This document shows positions 26,382-36,045 of a stretch of DNA of 51,259 nt, piece after piece. The notes under the pieces were generated by a model. The model saw nothing but the letters and a program-made list of their open reading frames with translations, searched no databases and was not told the DNA's origin. The translations under genes and the position numbers were made by a program. Each line of letters opens with the position of its first letter. Within the stretch, counting starts at the first letter, position 1. This DNA comes from Pseudomonadota bacterium (lineage in GTDB: Bacteria; UBA10199; 2-02-FULL-44-16; JBDRGF01), in assembly GCA_043818055.1 (NCBI GenBank), contig JBDRGF010000122.1, positions 1-51,259 on the forward strand, given 5' to 3'.

Positions 26382-28036
26382 TTCCAAAAATATCGCACAT
26401 AGGAAGACATCATCCCCCTTATCATAGTAAAAATAAGGGGACTGATCTGATCGAGGAATCCACTTTTCAAAAAACCGACTGGATCCCCATCTCCACGGGG
26501 ATGATACAACGGGATAAACTTCGAGGTTTTCAATCTCATAAAAAACCTTTTGCTTCAAATTCAGCAAATTGTTTCAACACAATTTCAGGTCTGCTGCTTT
26601 TTGCTGAAACTTCTGTCAAAAACAATCAGGGCTCATTTTTAGAATCTTTCACGGATTTAATGGCAAGCCCTTATTATTGGCTTTTTTGCGTTGTGGCAGG
26701 TCTCGTGAAAATTGGTTTTTATCTGCACAACAGGCGTATGAAACAAATTTACGAGGTCTCTGAAGAACTGGAACCCTCCTCCGCTCTTCCACCACTTATG
26801 ACACAGCAGGATATCTCTCCTCTTTTTTTTCAGGAGGGAGCAAATTCAATCAAAACAACTCTGGTTTCTACGCCTTTGGATTTCTCACAATTTCCCGAAG
26901 AGTCTCTTCGCTCTTCGACCGAAGAGTCGATAATCAACGGCAATCTGCCAGTTCAGACAATTTCTGAGGATTTGTCGAATGTAGGAAGTAAAAAGATCGA
27001 TGTGTTGGATTCTTTAAGTGGAAAAACTGCTGTTGAAAATATACCGAAACTGCGTCGAACGGATATAGAAACTTCGAATATCTGCCCACACTGTCAACGA
27101 CCCAATGAAGAAGAGGATAAATTATGCCATCACTGCGCCTTTCCCCTCGAGTTGATCGAAGGAAGGTATAGATTGGTCGGCACAATATCCTCCGAAGGTG
27201 GGCAGGGAGTTGTATATAAAGCGATACACCTTGGTCTGAAGAGAGCGGATGAACGTGCTATCAAAGTGATAAAGCTCGAACCTACAAGAATGGACGAAAA
27301 AAAGAAGAGAACCAACGATGCGATCAGAAGGCGTTTTTATCTGGAAATTGATACACTACATGAATTATCGTCGGTCAATGAACACATAGTTCGTATTCAT
27401 GACACGTTTGATGAGAAACCATGGCTTGGACTTTATTATGTGATGGAATATCTGGATGGAATAACATTGGATAAAATTATAAGAGATAAAGGGAATCCCG
27501 ATCTAAAGCGAATCTTACATATTTTTTCCCAGATATGTGAGGCTATATCCGCTGTTCATAAAGCAGAAATCGTCCACAGAGATTTAAAACCGGCGAATAT
27601 AATGCTCATCGAAAAGGGCGATGATAGAGATTTTGTCAAAATAATCGATTTTGGCATCGTTAAAGATCTTACTCAAAGGAACGAAAGGATTCAGACCCAG
27701 AGTTGCATCGGAACGCCACAATATATGCCTCCAGAGCAATGGCTAAATGAACAACCGACACCGCAAACAGATATATACGCGCTTGGATTTATTCTCTACG
27801 AACTTCTGACAGGTGGCAAATTGCCGCTCGTTTTTGATAAACGAGATTCGTTGACAGTTGCAACACGCCACCTTACAGGGGCGAGAATTCCGATGTCACA
27901 ACATAGCGGTTTTTCACATCTGAAGCCTCTGGATGAAATTGTCCTAAGGGCATTAAAACCAAAAAGCTATGACCGCTACTCATCTGTACAGGAATTTCTG
28001 GATGCTGTAATAATGGGATTTGAAAGGATACTATAG
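26378..28036 (+). CDS. Hanks-type Ser/Thr protein kinase with an N-terminal TM helix and zinc ribbon
   Basis: CPHC...CHHC ribbon; GGQGVVY, AIK, VHRDLKPANI, KIIDFG, GTPQYMPPE, DIYALG. Confidence 0.92.
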   Translation: MIPKISHIGRHHPPYHSKNKGTDLIEESTFQKTDWIPISTGMIQRDKLRGFQSHKKPFASNSANCFNTISGLLLFAETSVKNNQGSFLESFTDLMASPYYWLFCVVAGLVKIGFYLHNRRMKQIYEVSEELEPSSALPPLMTQQDISPLFFQEGANSIKTTLVSTPLDFSQFPEESLRSSTEESIINGNLPVQTISEDLSNVGSKKIDVLDSLSGKTAVENIPKLRRTDIETSNICPHCQRPNEEEDKLCHHCAFPLELIEGRYRLVGTISSEGGQGVVYKAIHLGLKRADERAIKVIKLEPTRMDEKKKRTNDAIRRRFYLEIDTLHELSSVNEHIVRIHDTFDEKPWLGLYYVMEYLDGITLDKIIRDKGNPDLKRILHIFSQICEAISAVHKAEIVHRDLKPANIMLIEKGDDRDFVKIIDFGIVKDLTQRNERIQTQSCIGTPQYMPPEQWLNEQPTPQTDIYALGFILYELLTGGKLPLVFDKRDSLTVATRHLTGARIPMSQHSGFSHLKPLDEIVLRALKPKSYDRYSSVQEFLDAVIMGFERIL

Positions 28037-28132
28037 CAACTTTAGGAACTCTTTTGGAGTTATCTCGACGTCACGAATTTTCTCAAGCGCTTTGATGATT
28101 TTTTGAGAAGAAACAACAGGAAGCTTCGTCAT
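28031..28132 (-). pseudogene. hicA: hicA remnant with an in-frame internal deletion
   Basis: MTKLPVVSSQKIIKALEKI-RDVEITPKEFLKLL*. The HicA N- and C-terminal helices are joined and the central GSH-containing region is missing. The ATG overlaps the hicB stop (ATGA). Confidence 0.75.
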
Positions 28133-28353
28133 ACAGCGACCCTTTGAATGCCGATGAACTCCAAACTTTTTTCATCATATTTGTTGTCTTCAATCTCCAA
28201 AGAGAGAGCGATGGCTTCTCTTATACGCACGATTAGTTCATCCAGCGATTTAGCCTGAGTATGGCATCCTTTCAACTCAGGAACTTCAGCAATAAAATAC
28301 CCATCCTCATCCCTTTCTATAATCACATTAAAAACTCTCTTATGATTTTTCAT
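28129..28353 (-). CDS. hicB: HicB family antitoxin
   Basis: VIIERDEDGYFIAEVPELKGCHTQAKSLDEL..RIREAI.L.LE; ATG 28353 follows GAGGTG. Confidence 0.9.
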   Translation of the reverse strand: MKNHKRVFNVIIERDEDGYFIAEVPELKGCHTQAKSLDELIVRIREAIALSLEIEDNKYDEKSLEFIGIQRVAV

Positions 28354-31300
28354 ATCCACCTCTTTTCTGGAGCGGTTCGCGAACCGCCCCTACAAATTAT
28401 GATTCTCATCATTGCCAGCCCTGCTAAGGTGAAAATCAATAGGATATAATCTCCCAACGTCGATGCAGCATCAAACTCACCATTCATGGAGCATTTGCAC
28501 CGGCCTCCTCCTTTGTAATACATCTCAGGAGGTAAGGAAATTATCCCAAGTTTTGCGACTGTCGGTTTTCCCGATGTTGTATCCTGGGCGATAAGAAAAT
28601 CCTCGCTTAAAAACTTTTCGGCAGCAATATTGTAAGAAATTTCGCTCCCTTGTATCCCCTGCTTCATCCGGTTTTCAATCTCGCTCATCAGAGTCTCAAT
28701 CTCCTTCTCTCCGGATCTCGGTGCTGTCAGTGGAGGAAATTTTATGTGCATCTTTATCACCGAATCTGCCGGCTGTGAAGATTTTGAAGCTTCAACGTTA
28801 AATACCTTGTTGATTATCGTCTGGTTGTTATACGTTTGAATCGTGACATCGGGAATAGCCTGATATGAGGGCGCTCCCGATGGCAGCCCTGCCAAACTCA
28901 GCTGTGGTAATATTGCGTTAGCGCTGGGCGGGGGAAAAATCATCACATGCGAGAACCCCTTATCTTTAAGTTTTGGCGGTTCTGTAAAATCTGCTGTGAA
29001 ATCGACATATAGATGCTCGCCGGTCTGAATGATTGCGTAAGGAAGAATACTTCCCTTCGCATCGACAGAATCCTTGAATGTGCAGATGATATTGTCAGTC
29101 GAAACACCCGGTTCTCCGATGATCTCAAAATTCGATCCTGTCTTTGCGACAACATCGGCATTGAGCTTCTGATAGATCTCACCCATTCCGACATCCGAAA
29201 AACCTGTCACCTGAGAGATGCATGAATAACCGCCTTCAAAGGGTCTTTGAGGAGGAGTTATTGGTGGCTTGGCAGGTTGTGGCGGTGGTGGTACAGGAGG
29301 CGGTACAACTTTTTTAGCACATAGGTTTTTGTTGATGCGTGTTGTGATCTCCCCTGTCTCCGGCTTGATCTTCGCACGTGGTAGGCGAAATTCCTTATCT
29401 GGTGTAAATGGTGGAGGTTGTGAAGAAGTTCCTTTACGTGGTTTTTTCCCCTGACATATTTTAGCGGGAACAGGGTTATATATATCAGGAACCTTATTAG
29501 GATCCTGACACAAGCTATAACACATTGAAGGAACGCTCTTCTCCCTAAAAGCGCTACAACAAAAATCATCTTCCCAAAGGCCGATCTTTTCGCCACCGAT
29601 TGTACAGGCATTGAGTTTTTTGCATGAACAGGGGATCATATTCTTTTTAGCAAAGATTCCTGAATAACAGGGTATGGACCCATATCTTTTGAAGTGTGCA
29701 AGTGAACCGGGTGGCATGCCATCGAATTTCATTGCACTCTCATTGGTTGCAACGCTCTGTAGCGCTTCAAAGGGACTATCTACATCAAGATTTGTTTTCT
29801 CTGAACAACCCATCGGTGGAAGCATGACTGGAGCGTAACCGACAACAGCAGAAAGATTAGCCCCGTTTGGATGTTGATCGACAGAAAGAGCCGACATCTC
29901 ACGTTCTTTAAAATATTTAAAATTCAGAAAATCGAGATTTCCCTGTTGATTGGGAGATTTTGTAATATCATAATAAAAGCGATCAACTGGCGGTGGTTGT
30001 ATATTCTTTCGCGTAGTATAATCCTTATCATTATATATCACCAATATGTTTCCAACAGTTGTGCCAACCAGAATATCAACATCTCCATCTCCATTTACAT
30101 CGCCGGTTGTAACCAAAGGAACCTCTGCATCAATATCTAATCTCAGATCGATTCTTTTATATGACGGAGAACCTTTAGCGTCCGCAAAACTACAACCTTT
30201 GGATTTATTGCTATAAAGTATTGTCAAATAGTCACCAAATCTTCTTGTTGAGATATTATCGTCAAACTGGACATGCTGAGAGTAATCATTTGTAAAATCA
30301 GCTGTTTTAAATGAAGGATTGCCGACGTTTCTATCTATCCACGGAACAACCGTCTTTCCCCTCCATGTGAAGACCAGGTCAGAGCAACCATCGTTGTTAA
30401 AATCGGCGGAAGCGATGTTATACGGAACAAAATTAGCAACATTGGGAACAGAGGTGACCTTGATCGGATTTGCCACAACAAATGGCAAGTCGCTGACGGA
30501 AGCTATTTTACTTGAAGGATTGAATTCAGCGTGTTTGAGAGCATCCTTATCATTCGGATCTATCTGATAGAAATAAAAAGTATTCTCAGGAACATTTCCA
30601 CAATTGCGATCGTATCTGGGACAGATATTCTCGCCCGAAGCAACTATAACAGTTTGCCTCTTCTTACCCTGAACAGTATCAATCACTTGTGCTGCATCAT
30701 AGGCGCCGGAACCGATGAGCGCGTGAACATGAGGTTTGAAAACAACATTCGGATCATCGAGCGTGTTGTTATTATTGTCGATCCTTTTCTCCCATGGAAG
30801 AGCCTGTTTCATTATAGTTGCATAAGAGACAACCGGATGAGGTATGCGATCGCTGATATTTACAAAATTAGCAACTGAACCTGTGCCGAGGATTTCTTTG
30901 AAAATGTGACTCTTCCCATCTCCAAATATTTTCGGCTGCCCAGTTGCAATATCAATTACCGGCTGATTAATATCAAAGAGCGTTGCCTGATTTATGACAG
31001 CGAAATCGTGAAGATCGTCGGACGGATCAATTTCAATCTCCTTCACGGCGATAGGATTTAATCCCGGAGAGAGTTCTGTTAACGCTTCTGGAAGCTGTTT
31101 TGGCAAAAGAATTCCGTTATGACTGTAACCGCTAAGCTGCATCCTTCCGACTTCATTTCCATTTGCATCTGTTTCATTGCGGAAATAGACAATAGGAGAT
31201 GTGAAGATGTGTGCATCAGATTGGAAGCTTTGAGAACTTACCACATTATTTGTTGCATCCAGGGTTCTTTGATCAACGGTTCCCTGTGCTGTAATAGTAT

Positions 31301-32105
31301 CGTATATTGCGCTTGCTAATCCATTTTTCAAATTTGCTATTCCATATGGTATCGCATTGATGTAAACGTAATTGAGGGGTTGTCCAAGTTTGCCCCAATT
31401 AAATGCCTTCATAATACTTGTCACATCGGCGGGATAGGTTTGTGGATTGTAGGGAGAAACCGACTCCTGCGCAGATCCTATGAGTCCTATAAAACAATTC
31501 GGTAAAAACTGTGGACATGTTTTACCAAATAATTTTTCATATTCGTTTTTATCTGAATTTCTTATATCTGCAATCTGAAGTTGAAATGAGATGAGATTTT
31601 CCTGATCCCTCAACTGGAAACTCTTATATGTAGTGGTAGGAGGAAAAGGCTGAGGCGGTGGTGATAAACCGTGACGAGGTTTTAAAACAGGGGTGCCGAT
31701 AGTCAGAAGAGGATCGACCATAACGTCGAACGGCTTCGATAACGACAAAAGTCGCTCAGGATTATTTTGATCAAACCATGGATGATTTCCTGGCATTCCC
31801 ACTAAATCGTTGACCGTACACTCACCCCAATCCTGGACAACGCCTTTGCTGTCCGTCCAGTTCAACGTAAGTGTGTCATTTTCAAAATTTCTGATCTTAG
31901 CTGTCTGATCTGGATTTTTTGGATGTTTGAAGCTTTTCAAAAAGAGGGCCAGCGTACTCGTTGGAGCCATTACCTGACCCACCTGATTGGGATCTGATCC
32001 GACAGGTACCGGTGGTGAGAATTCAGGCTTTTGTATCTGCTGGGCTTGAGCTAAAAATGGAATGATAAAGAGAGCAAGGACTAAAATAGTTATTCTATTC
32101 TTCAT
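28350..32105 (-). CDS. Large secreted surface protein (1251 aa), FG-GAP-like, CTERM-like tail; paralog 2
   Basis: Signal peptide (AQA-QQ); ADFNNDGCSDLV and GDVNGDGDVDILVG motifs; Cys-rich and Pro-rich linker; GGGRCKCS + TM helix. Confidence 0.8.
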   Translation of the reverse strand: MKNRITILVLALFIIPFLAQAQQIQKPEFSPPVPVGSDPNQVGQVMAPTSTLALFLKSFKHPKNPDQTAKIRNFENDTLTLNWTDSKGVVQDWGECTVNDLVGMPGNHPWFDQNNPERLLSLSKPFDVMVDPLLTIGTPVLKPRHGLSPPPQPFPPTTTYKSFQLRDQENLISFQLQIADIRNSDKNEYEKLFGKTCPQFLPNCFIGLIGSAQESVSPYNPQTYPADVTSIMKAFNWGKLGQPLNYVYINAIPYGIANLKNGLASAIYDTITAQGTVDQRTLDATNNVVSSQSFQSDAHIFTSPIVYFRNETDANGNEVGRMQLSGYSHNGILLPKQLPEALTELSPGLNPIAVKEIEIDPSDDLHDFAVINQATLFDINQPVIDIATGQPKIFGDGKSHIFKEILGTGSVANFVNISDRIPHPVVSYATIMKQALPWEKRIDNNNNTLDDPNVVFKPHVHALIGSGAYDAAQVIDTVQGKKRQTVIVASGENICPRYDRNCGNVPENTFYFYQIDPNDKDALKHAEFNPSSKIASVSDLPFVVANPIKVTSVPNVANFVPYNIASADFNNDGCSDLVFTWRGKTVVPWIDRNVGNPSFKTADFTNDYSQHVQFDDNISTRRFGDYLTILYSNKSKGCSFADAKGSPSYKRIDLRLDIDAEVPLVTTGDVNGDGDVDILVGTTVGNILVIYNDKDYTTRKNIQPPPVDRFYYDITKSPNQQGNLDFLNFKYFKEREMSALSVDQHPNGANLSAVVGYAPVMLPPMGCSEKTNLDVDSPFEALQSVATNESAMKFDGMPPGSLAHFKRYGSIPCYSGIFAKKNMIPCSCKKLNACTIGGEKIGLWEDDFCCSAFREKSVPSMCYSLCQDPNKVPDIYNPVPAKICQGKKPRKGTSSQPPPFTPDKEFRLPRAKIKPETGEITTRINKNLCAKKVVPPPVPPPPQPAKPPITPPQRPFEGGYSCISQVTGFSDVGMGEIYQKLNADVVAKTGSNFEIIGEPGVSTDNIICTFKDSVDAKGSILPYAIIQTGEHLYVDFTADFTEPPKLKDKGFSHVMIFPPPSANAILPQLSLAGLPSGAPSYQAIPDVTIQTYNNQTIINKVFNVEASKSSQPADSVIKMHIKFPPLTAPRSGEKEIETLMSEIENRMKQGIQGSEISYNIAAEKFLSEDFLIAQDTTSGKPTVAKLGIISLPPEMYYKGGGRCKCSMNGEFDAASTLGDYILLIFTLAGLAMMRIIICRGGSRTAPEKRWI
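28369..28394. repeat. GTAG-type REP inside the 3' end of paralog 2
   Basis: GGAGCGGTTCGCGAACCGCCCCTACA. Confidence 0.8.
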
Positions 32106-32135
32106 ATTTGATTATCCCCTCTGAAATTGAGGTGT

Positions 32136-32164
32136 ATTCTAGCTTGATATACATGATTTTACAA
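32136..32164 (-). promoter_or_regulatory. Putative sigma70 promoter of paralog 2
   Basis: Minus strand TTGTAA-N17-TAGAAT. Confidence 0.55.
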
Positions 32165-32192
32165 GAATTTTTCTGTAATAGAAGTTATAGTA

Positions 32193-32222
32193 TAAGGGCA
32201 ACCACTGGGGGTTGCCCCTATA
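32193..32222. repeat. GTAG-type REP-like hairpin
   Basis: AAGGGCAACCACTGGGGGTTGCCCCTATA, nearly identical to 16252-16280. Confidence 0.75.
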
Positions 32223-32244
32223 TTTGAAGGTCAAAGTGGAAAAA

Positions 32245-35200
32245 TCATCGTTCATCTAACCTGTTAGATTTTTTGAGTAGAGAAATCAGCAGGAGCGAGA
32301 TCAAAAGCGTCAAAATTCCATACAGCGAAGATGTTGATATTTTGACGCTTTGCACGAGTGAACAGCTGCCACTTCCCGTCTGGATCATCTCAGGCGGCAT
32401 CGGAACAACGCCGAATTTTATGCTTTGCGTCTTTCCTGAGACGTTGTCATGCACGAGGATAAAGTCATCTGTTAGCACCTCGGTGTTATTGAGTCCCACG
32501 TAGATCTCTGTCCCCTTCACACCCTGGGCAACCCTTTCATCGATAGCTTCGATGTATTGATCGAGGTAATCCTTTGCAACCCTTGGGGTTGTAAGGACTG
32601 GGAGGCGAAACTCCATCTTTACGACCGAATATCCCATGCCGTGATCTGCTGTATCGAGTTGCAAGGCACTCGACCTCTCAACCCGAATGACTTTGTTGAA
32701 TACCAACCTGTCGTTTGAGTCTGTCTCAATCGTTAAATTTGGCATAGCCTGAAATGCGAGGACGAACTGTGGTAGTGTTACAGCGCTCAATTGTGGCAAC
32801 ATATTTCCCGATGTCAATTGCGGAAAAATCATCATTCCTGTCAAATTTTCATCGGCAAAGGTTGTTGGTTCAATCCACTCAGTTGTGAAGTTTTCATAAA
32901 GATGACCTCCAGTTTGAACAAGTGCGTAAGGAAAGCTCTTGCCTTTACCCGGGAGCGTAACGCCTGACGCGACGACCGCGGGATCGACGTTTGTTTCAAC
33001 CTGGGCGCTCAACGGAAAGTAACATGTGACGGTGGCCGTAGAATATCCCGGTTCACCAGCATGTTTGAAATATGTGAGTTTGCTATGACTTGCTATTCTG
33101 TCGTTGAGGTCTGAATAATATCCTTTTCTCCATTCTTCGGAGAAGCCTGTGATTTCCGCCAGACAGTCGGGTCGTCCCTCCAAAAGCCCTGGCAATGTTG
33201 GAACAGGATTTGGCTGGTTGGGAGGCTGCGGAGGATTTGGTACGGGGGGATTTGGTGTTTTTGGTGTCTCACACAGATCCTCATTTATGCGAACTGATAT
33301 CTCGCCCGACCCTGGCATCTCTTTGCCTCTCGGGAGGCGGAAATTCTTTGATGGAGCGAGCATGAATTTCGCGACTGGATTAAACATGGGCAGTTTTCCC
33401 TGACATATTGAATCCGGGATAGGCTTATCAGCAGTTGGCAGAAGATTTGGCGCCTGACATAAATTTGAGCAGTTGAAAGAGAGGACATTGTTTTGCAATT
33501 CATCACAACAATCATCATTTTTCCAGAGAGGAATCTTTTGTCCTCCGACATCGCACGTTTTGAGTTCTACGCACGAACATGGATGAGACTGGGATTGGAG
33601 TAATACCGTGCTTTGACACGGAATGCTTCCATGATGAAAATCTCCAATAAAATTGGCCGCCTTGTCATTTATCTCAACGCTGTAGAGTGCTTCATAAGAA
33701 CTATCCACTTCTAGGTTGCCCTGATTTGAACATCCCATAGGAGGAAGTGTTAGAGGTAGATGATTGACGATTCCCCCTATATTTGCACCAACGCCCGGAT
33801 GTTCTTCAATAGAGAGTGCTGCTGTCTGAGTTGGATATTGTCCTTGAGAAAATAGAGAAAGATCGAGATTCTCCCGGTTTTCTTTATTATTGAAATCAAA
33901 ATAAAAACGATCGTTTCTGGTTCCTTTGCTCTTATCATTATACAGAACAAGAGCCGAACCGTACTGTGTCCCGACGATAATGTCCTTTTCACCATCACCA
34001 TTCACATCACCGGTTTCCACAATTGGAACATCTCCATCAATAACGATCTGGATATCTATCTGTTGATTTAGAAGGTTGCCACTCTTGTCTGCAAAGTCAC
34101 AACCGCTCGCACCCTTCTTCCCATAGATGATCGAGAGATAGTCTGAAAACTGCAGAAAAACTCCATCAAAAAATTCCACCTGCTGATCATAATCATTTGT
34201 GAAGTTGGCAACCTGATATTGGGGATTTCCATTTCTTGTGCCGTAGGGATTCACTAATATCCCCCTCCATGTGAATACCAGATCGGAACAACCATCTTTA
34301 TCTAAATCTGCTGAAGCGATGCTATAAGGAACAAATCTTCCACTCTTCTGTGGGCTGTTGACCTCTATAGGTTGACTTTGTACAAACGGAAGAGAGGTCA
34401 GGCTTTGAACATTGCCAGAGGGATTGAAGGCAGCGACCTTGAGTTGTTCTTTGTTGTTCGGATCAATTTTATAAAGGTAGCTGCTGTTATCAGCACAATT
34501 GACGTCATATCTGTGACAGAGGTTGCTGCCGGAAGCAACGACTATGGATCTCTTTCCACTCGATGCGTCTTGTACGCTGGCCGAGTCAAAAGCCCCCGGG
34601 CCTATAAAGGCGTACGCGTATGGCTTGAAGACGACATTCGGATCATCGAGCGTATGTTGATTATTGTCTGTCTCCTTTTTCCAGGGGAATTCCTGTCTCA
34701 TGATTGTCAGATAGGAGACAACTGGATGTGGAACCAAATTTCCGTTTGCAGATCTCATAGGTTGAAAGTTAGCAACATCTCCAACACCTATTATCTCCCC
34801 GAGAGTGTGACTGCGTCCATCGTCGAATACGACAGGCTGACCGCTCTGAATATTTATAACGGGCTGATCGAGATCAAAGAGTGTAGCCTGATTTACTACA
34901 GCGAAATCGATCAGAGTGTCGTTATCGAAATCGAGCGGTTCTATTGAAACCGGGTTTAACGCGGGAGGCAATTCAGTGAGCGCCTCCGGAAGTTGTTTCA
35001 CTCCTATTTCAAAATTATAACTGTAACCGCTCAATTTAAGACGGGCTGCGACATTCTGATTTGGATCATTTTTTCCATCATCGTACCTATAAAAAACAAG
35101 GGGAGATATAAAACTAAAGGAACCTGATTGATTGAAGGCAAATGGCCGATGAAGCATTCTTGCATAAACCTTCACCGGATCATAGAGCGCAGTGACAATT

Positions 35201-35946
35201 CCCGATTTAAGGTCCCCTATTCCATACTGGACTCCCTTTTCAAATCCTGTCAGCTGATTGAGATTCCCCCATCCAAAATTATCTACATTACTCTTTATGG
35301 CCCCGGGAAACGAATCCTTGGTATATGGAGAGAGCGATTCCTGCGAAGAGGCTATCACACCGGGTTCACAAGTCTTTCCTGCTGGACAGTTTCCAAAAAG
35401 ATTTCTAAATTCATTTGGACCGATCTCATTTCTGATATCTGCTATCTGCAACTGATTTGCTATTATATTGTTTCCTGATGAGTCGACCTGAAAATCCATA
35501 TAGACATTGTTGATTGGAGGATGAGTAAAACCGTGACGCGGATTGAGAGGTTGGTCCGGACCTACAGCAAATAACGGATCCAGAAGATCCCATTTAAGTA
35601 ACGATCGAATCGGCTGATTCCCTTCCCACGGCATCTTACCCGGGACAGCTGCTAGATCAGAGAGCTTGCACACCTTTGAATTTGCGATGGTTATCTTGTC
35701 AGTCCAGAAGTTGTCCGTTTTGATATTGGCGTTTTTTGGATGATCAAAGCTTCTAAGGTAGAGCGCGGATGTATCAGTTGCAGAATTGAAATTTCCTTGA
35801 GCGTTTTTTCCCACCTGTGCAGGATCAGAGCCGACAGAAATCGGATTTAGAAATTGCGGTTTTTTAATCTGTTGTGACTCTGCAATTTGAAAATTATTTC
35901 CAACAAAGAGCAGCAAAGATAATAAAAATAAGATTTTCCTGAGCAT
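32245..35946 (-). CDS. Large secreted surface protein (1233 aa), FG-GAP-like, CTERM-like tail; paralog 3
   Basis: Signal peptide; ADLDKDGCSDLV and GDVNGDGEKDIIVG motifs; Pro-rich linker; GSGSCSL + TM helix + KK..R. Confidence 0.8.
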   Translation of the reverse strand: MLRKILFLLSLLLFVGNNFQIAESQQIKKPQFLNPISVGSDPAQVGKNAQGNFNSATDTSALYLRSFDHPKNANIKTDNFWTDKITIANSKVCKLSDLAAVPGKMPWEGNQPIRSLLKWDLLDPLFAVGPDQPLNPRHGFTHPPINNVYMDFQVDSSGNNIIANQLQIADIRNEIGPNEFRNLFGNCPAGKTCEPGVIASSQESLSPYTKDSFPGAIKSNVDNFGWGNLNQLTGFEKGVQYGIGDLKSGIVTALYDPVKVYARMLHRPFAFNQSGSFSFISPLVFYRYDDGKNDPNQNVAARLKLSGYSYNFEIGVKQLPEALTELPPALNPVSIEPLDFDNDTLIDFAVVNQATLFDLDQPVINIQSGQPVVFDDGRSHTLGEIIGVGDVANFQPMRSANGNLVPHPVVSYLTIMRQEFPWKKETDNNQHTLDDPNVVFKPYAYAFIGPGAFDSASVQDASSGKRSIVVASGSNLCHRYDVNCADNSSYLYKIDPNNKEQLKVAAFNPSGNVQSLTSLPFVQSQPIEVNSPQKSGRFVPYSIASADLDKDGCSDLVFTWRGILVNPYGTRNGNPQYQVANFTNDYDQQVEFFDGVFLQFSDYLSIIYGKKGASGCDFADKSGNLLNQQIDIQIVIDGDVPIVETGDVNGDGEKDIIVGTQYGSALVLYNDKSKGTRNDRFYFDFNNKENRENLDLSLFSQGQYPTQTAALSIEEHPGVGANIGGIVNHLPLTLPPMGCSNQGNLEVDSSYEALYSVEINDKAANFIGDFHHGSIPCQSTVLLQSQSHPCSCVELKTCDVGGQKIPLWKNDDCCDELQNNVLSFNCSNLCQAPNLLPTADKPIPDSICQGKLPMFNPVAKFMLAPSKNFRLPRGKEMPGSGEISVRINEDLCETPKTPNPPVPNPPQPPNQPNPVPTLPGLLEGRPDCLAEITGFSEEWRKGYYSDLNDRIASHSKLTYFKHAGEPGYSTATVTCYFPLSAQVETNVDPAVVASGVTLPGKGKSFPYALVQTGGHLYENFTTEWIEPTTFADENLTGMMIFPQLTSGNMLPQLSAVTLPQFVLAFQAMPNLTIETDSNDRLVFNKVIRVERSSALQLDTADHGMGYSVVKMEFRLPVLTTPRVAKDYLDQYIEAIDERVAQGVKGTEIYVGLNNTEVLTDDFILVHDNVSGKTQSIKFGVVPMPPEMIQTGSGSCSLVQSVKISTSSLYGILTLLISLLLISLLKKSNRLDER

Positions 35947-36045
35947 ACGACCCCCTCGCGCACTGTCTAACCGGATTTAAACCGATGCACAAGTGCAAAA
36001 TCAAGCCTATTGAGTCTTATTCGTGTTTGAAATAAAATAGTTAAT

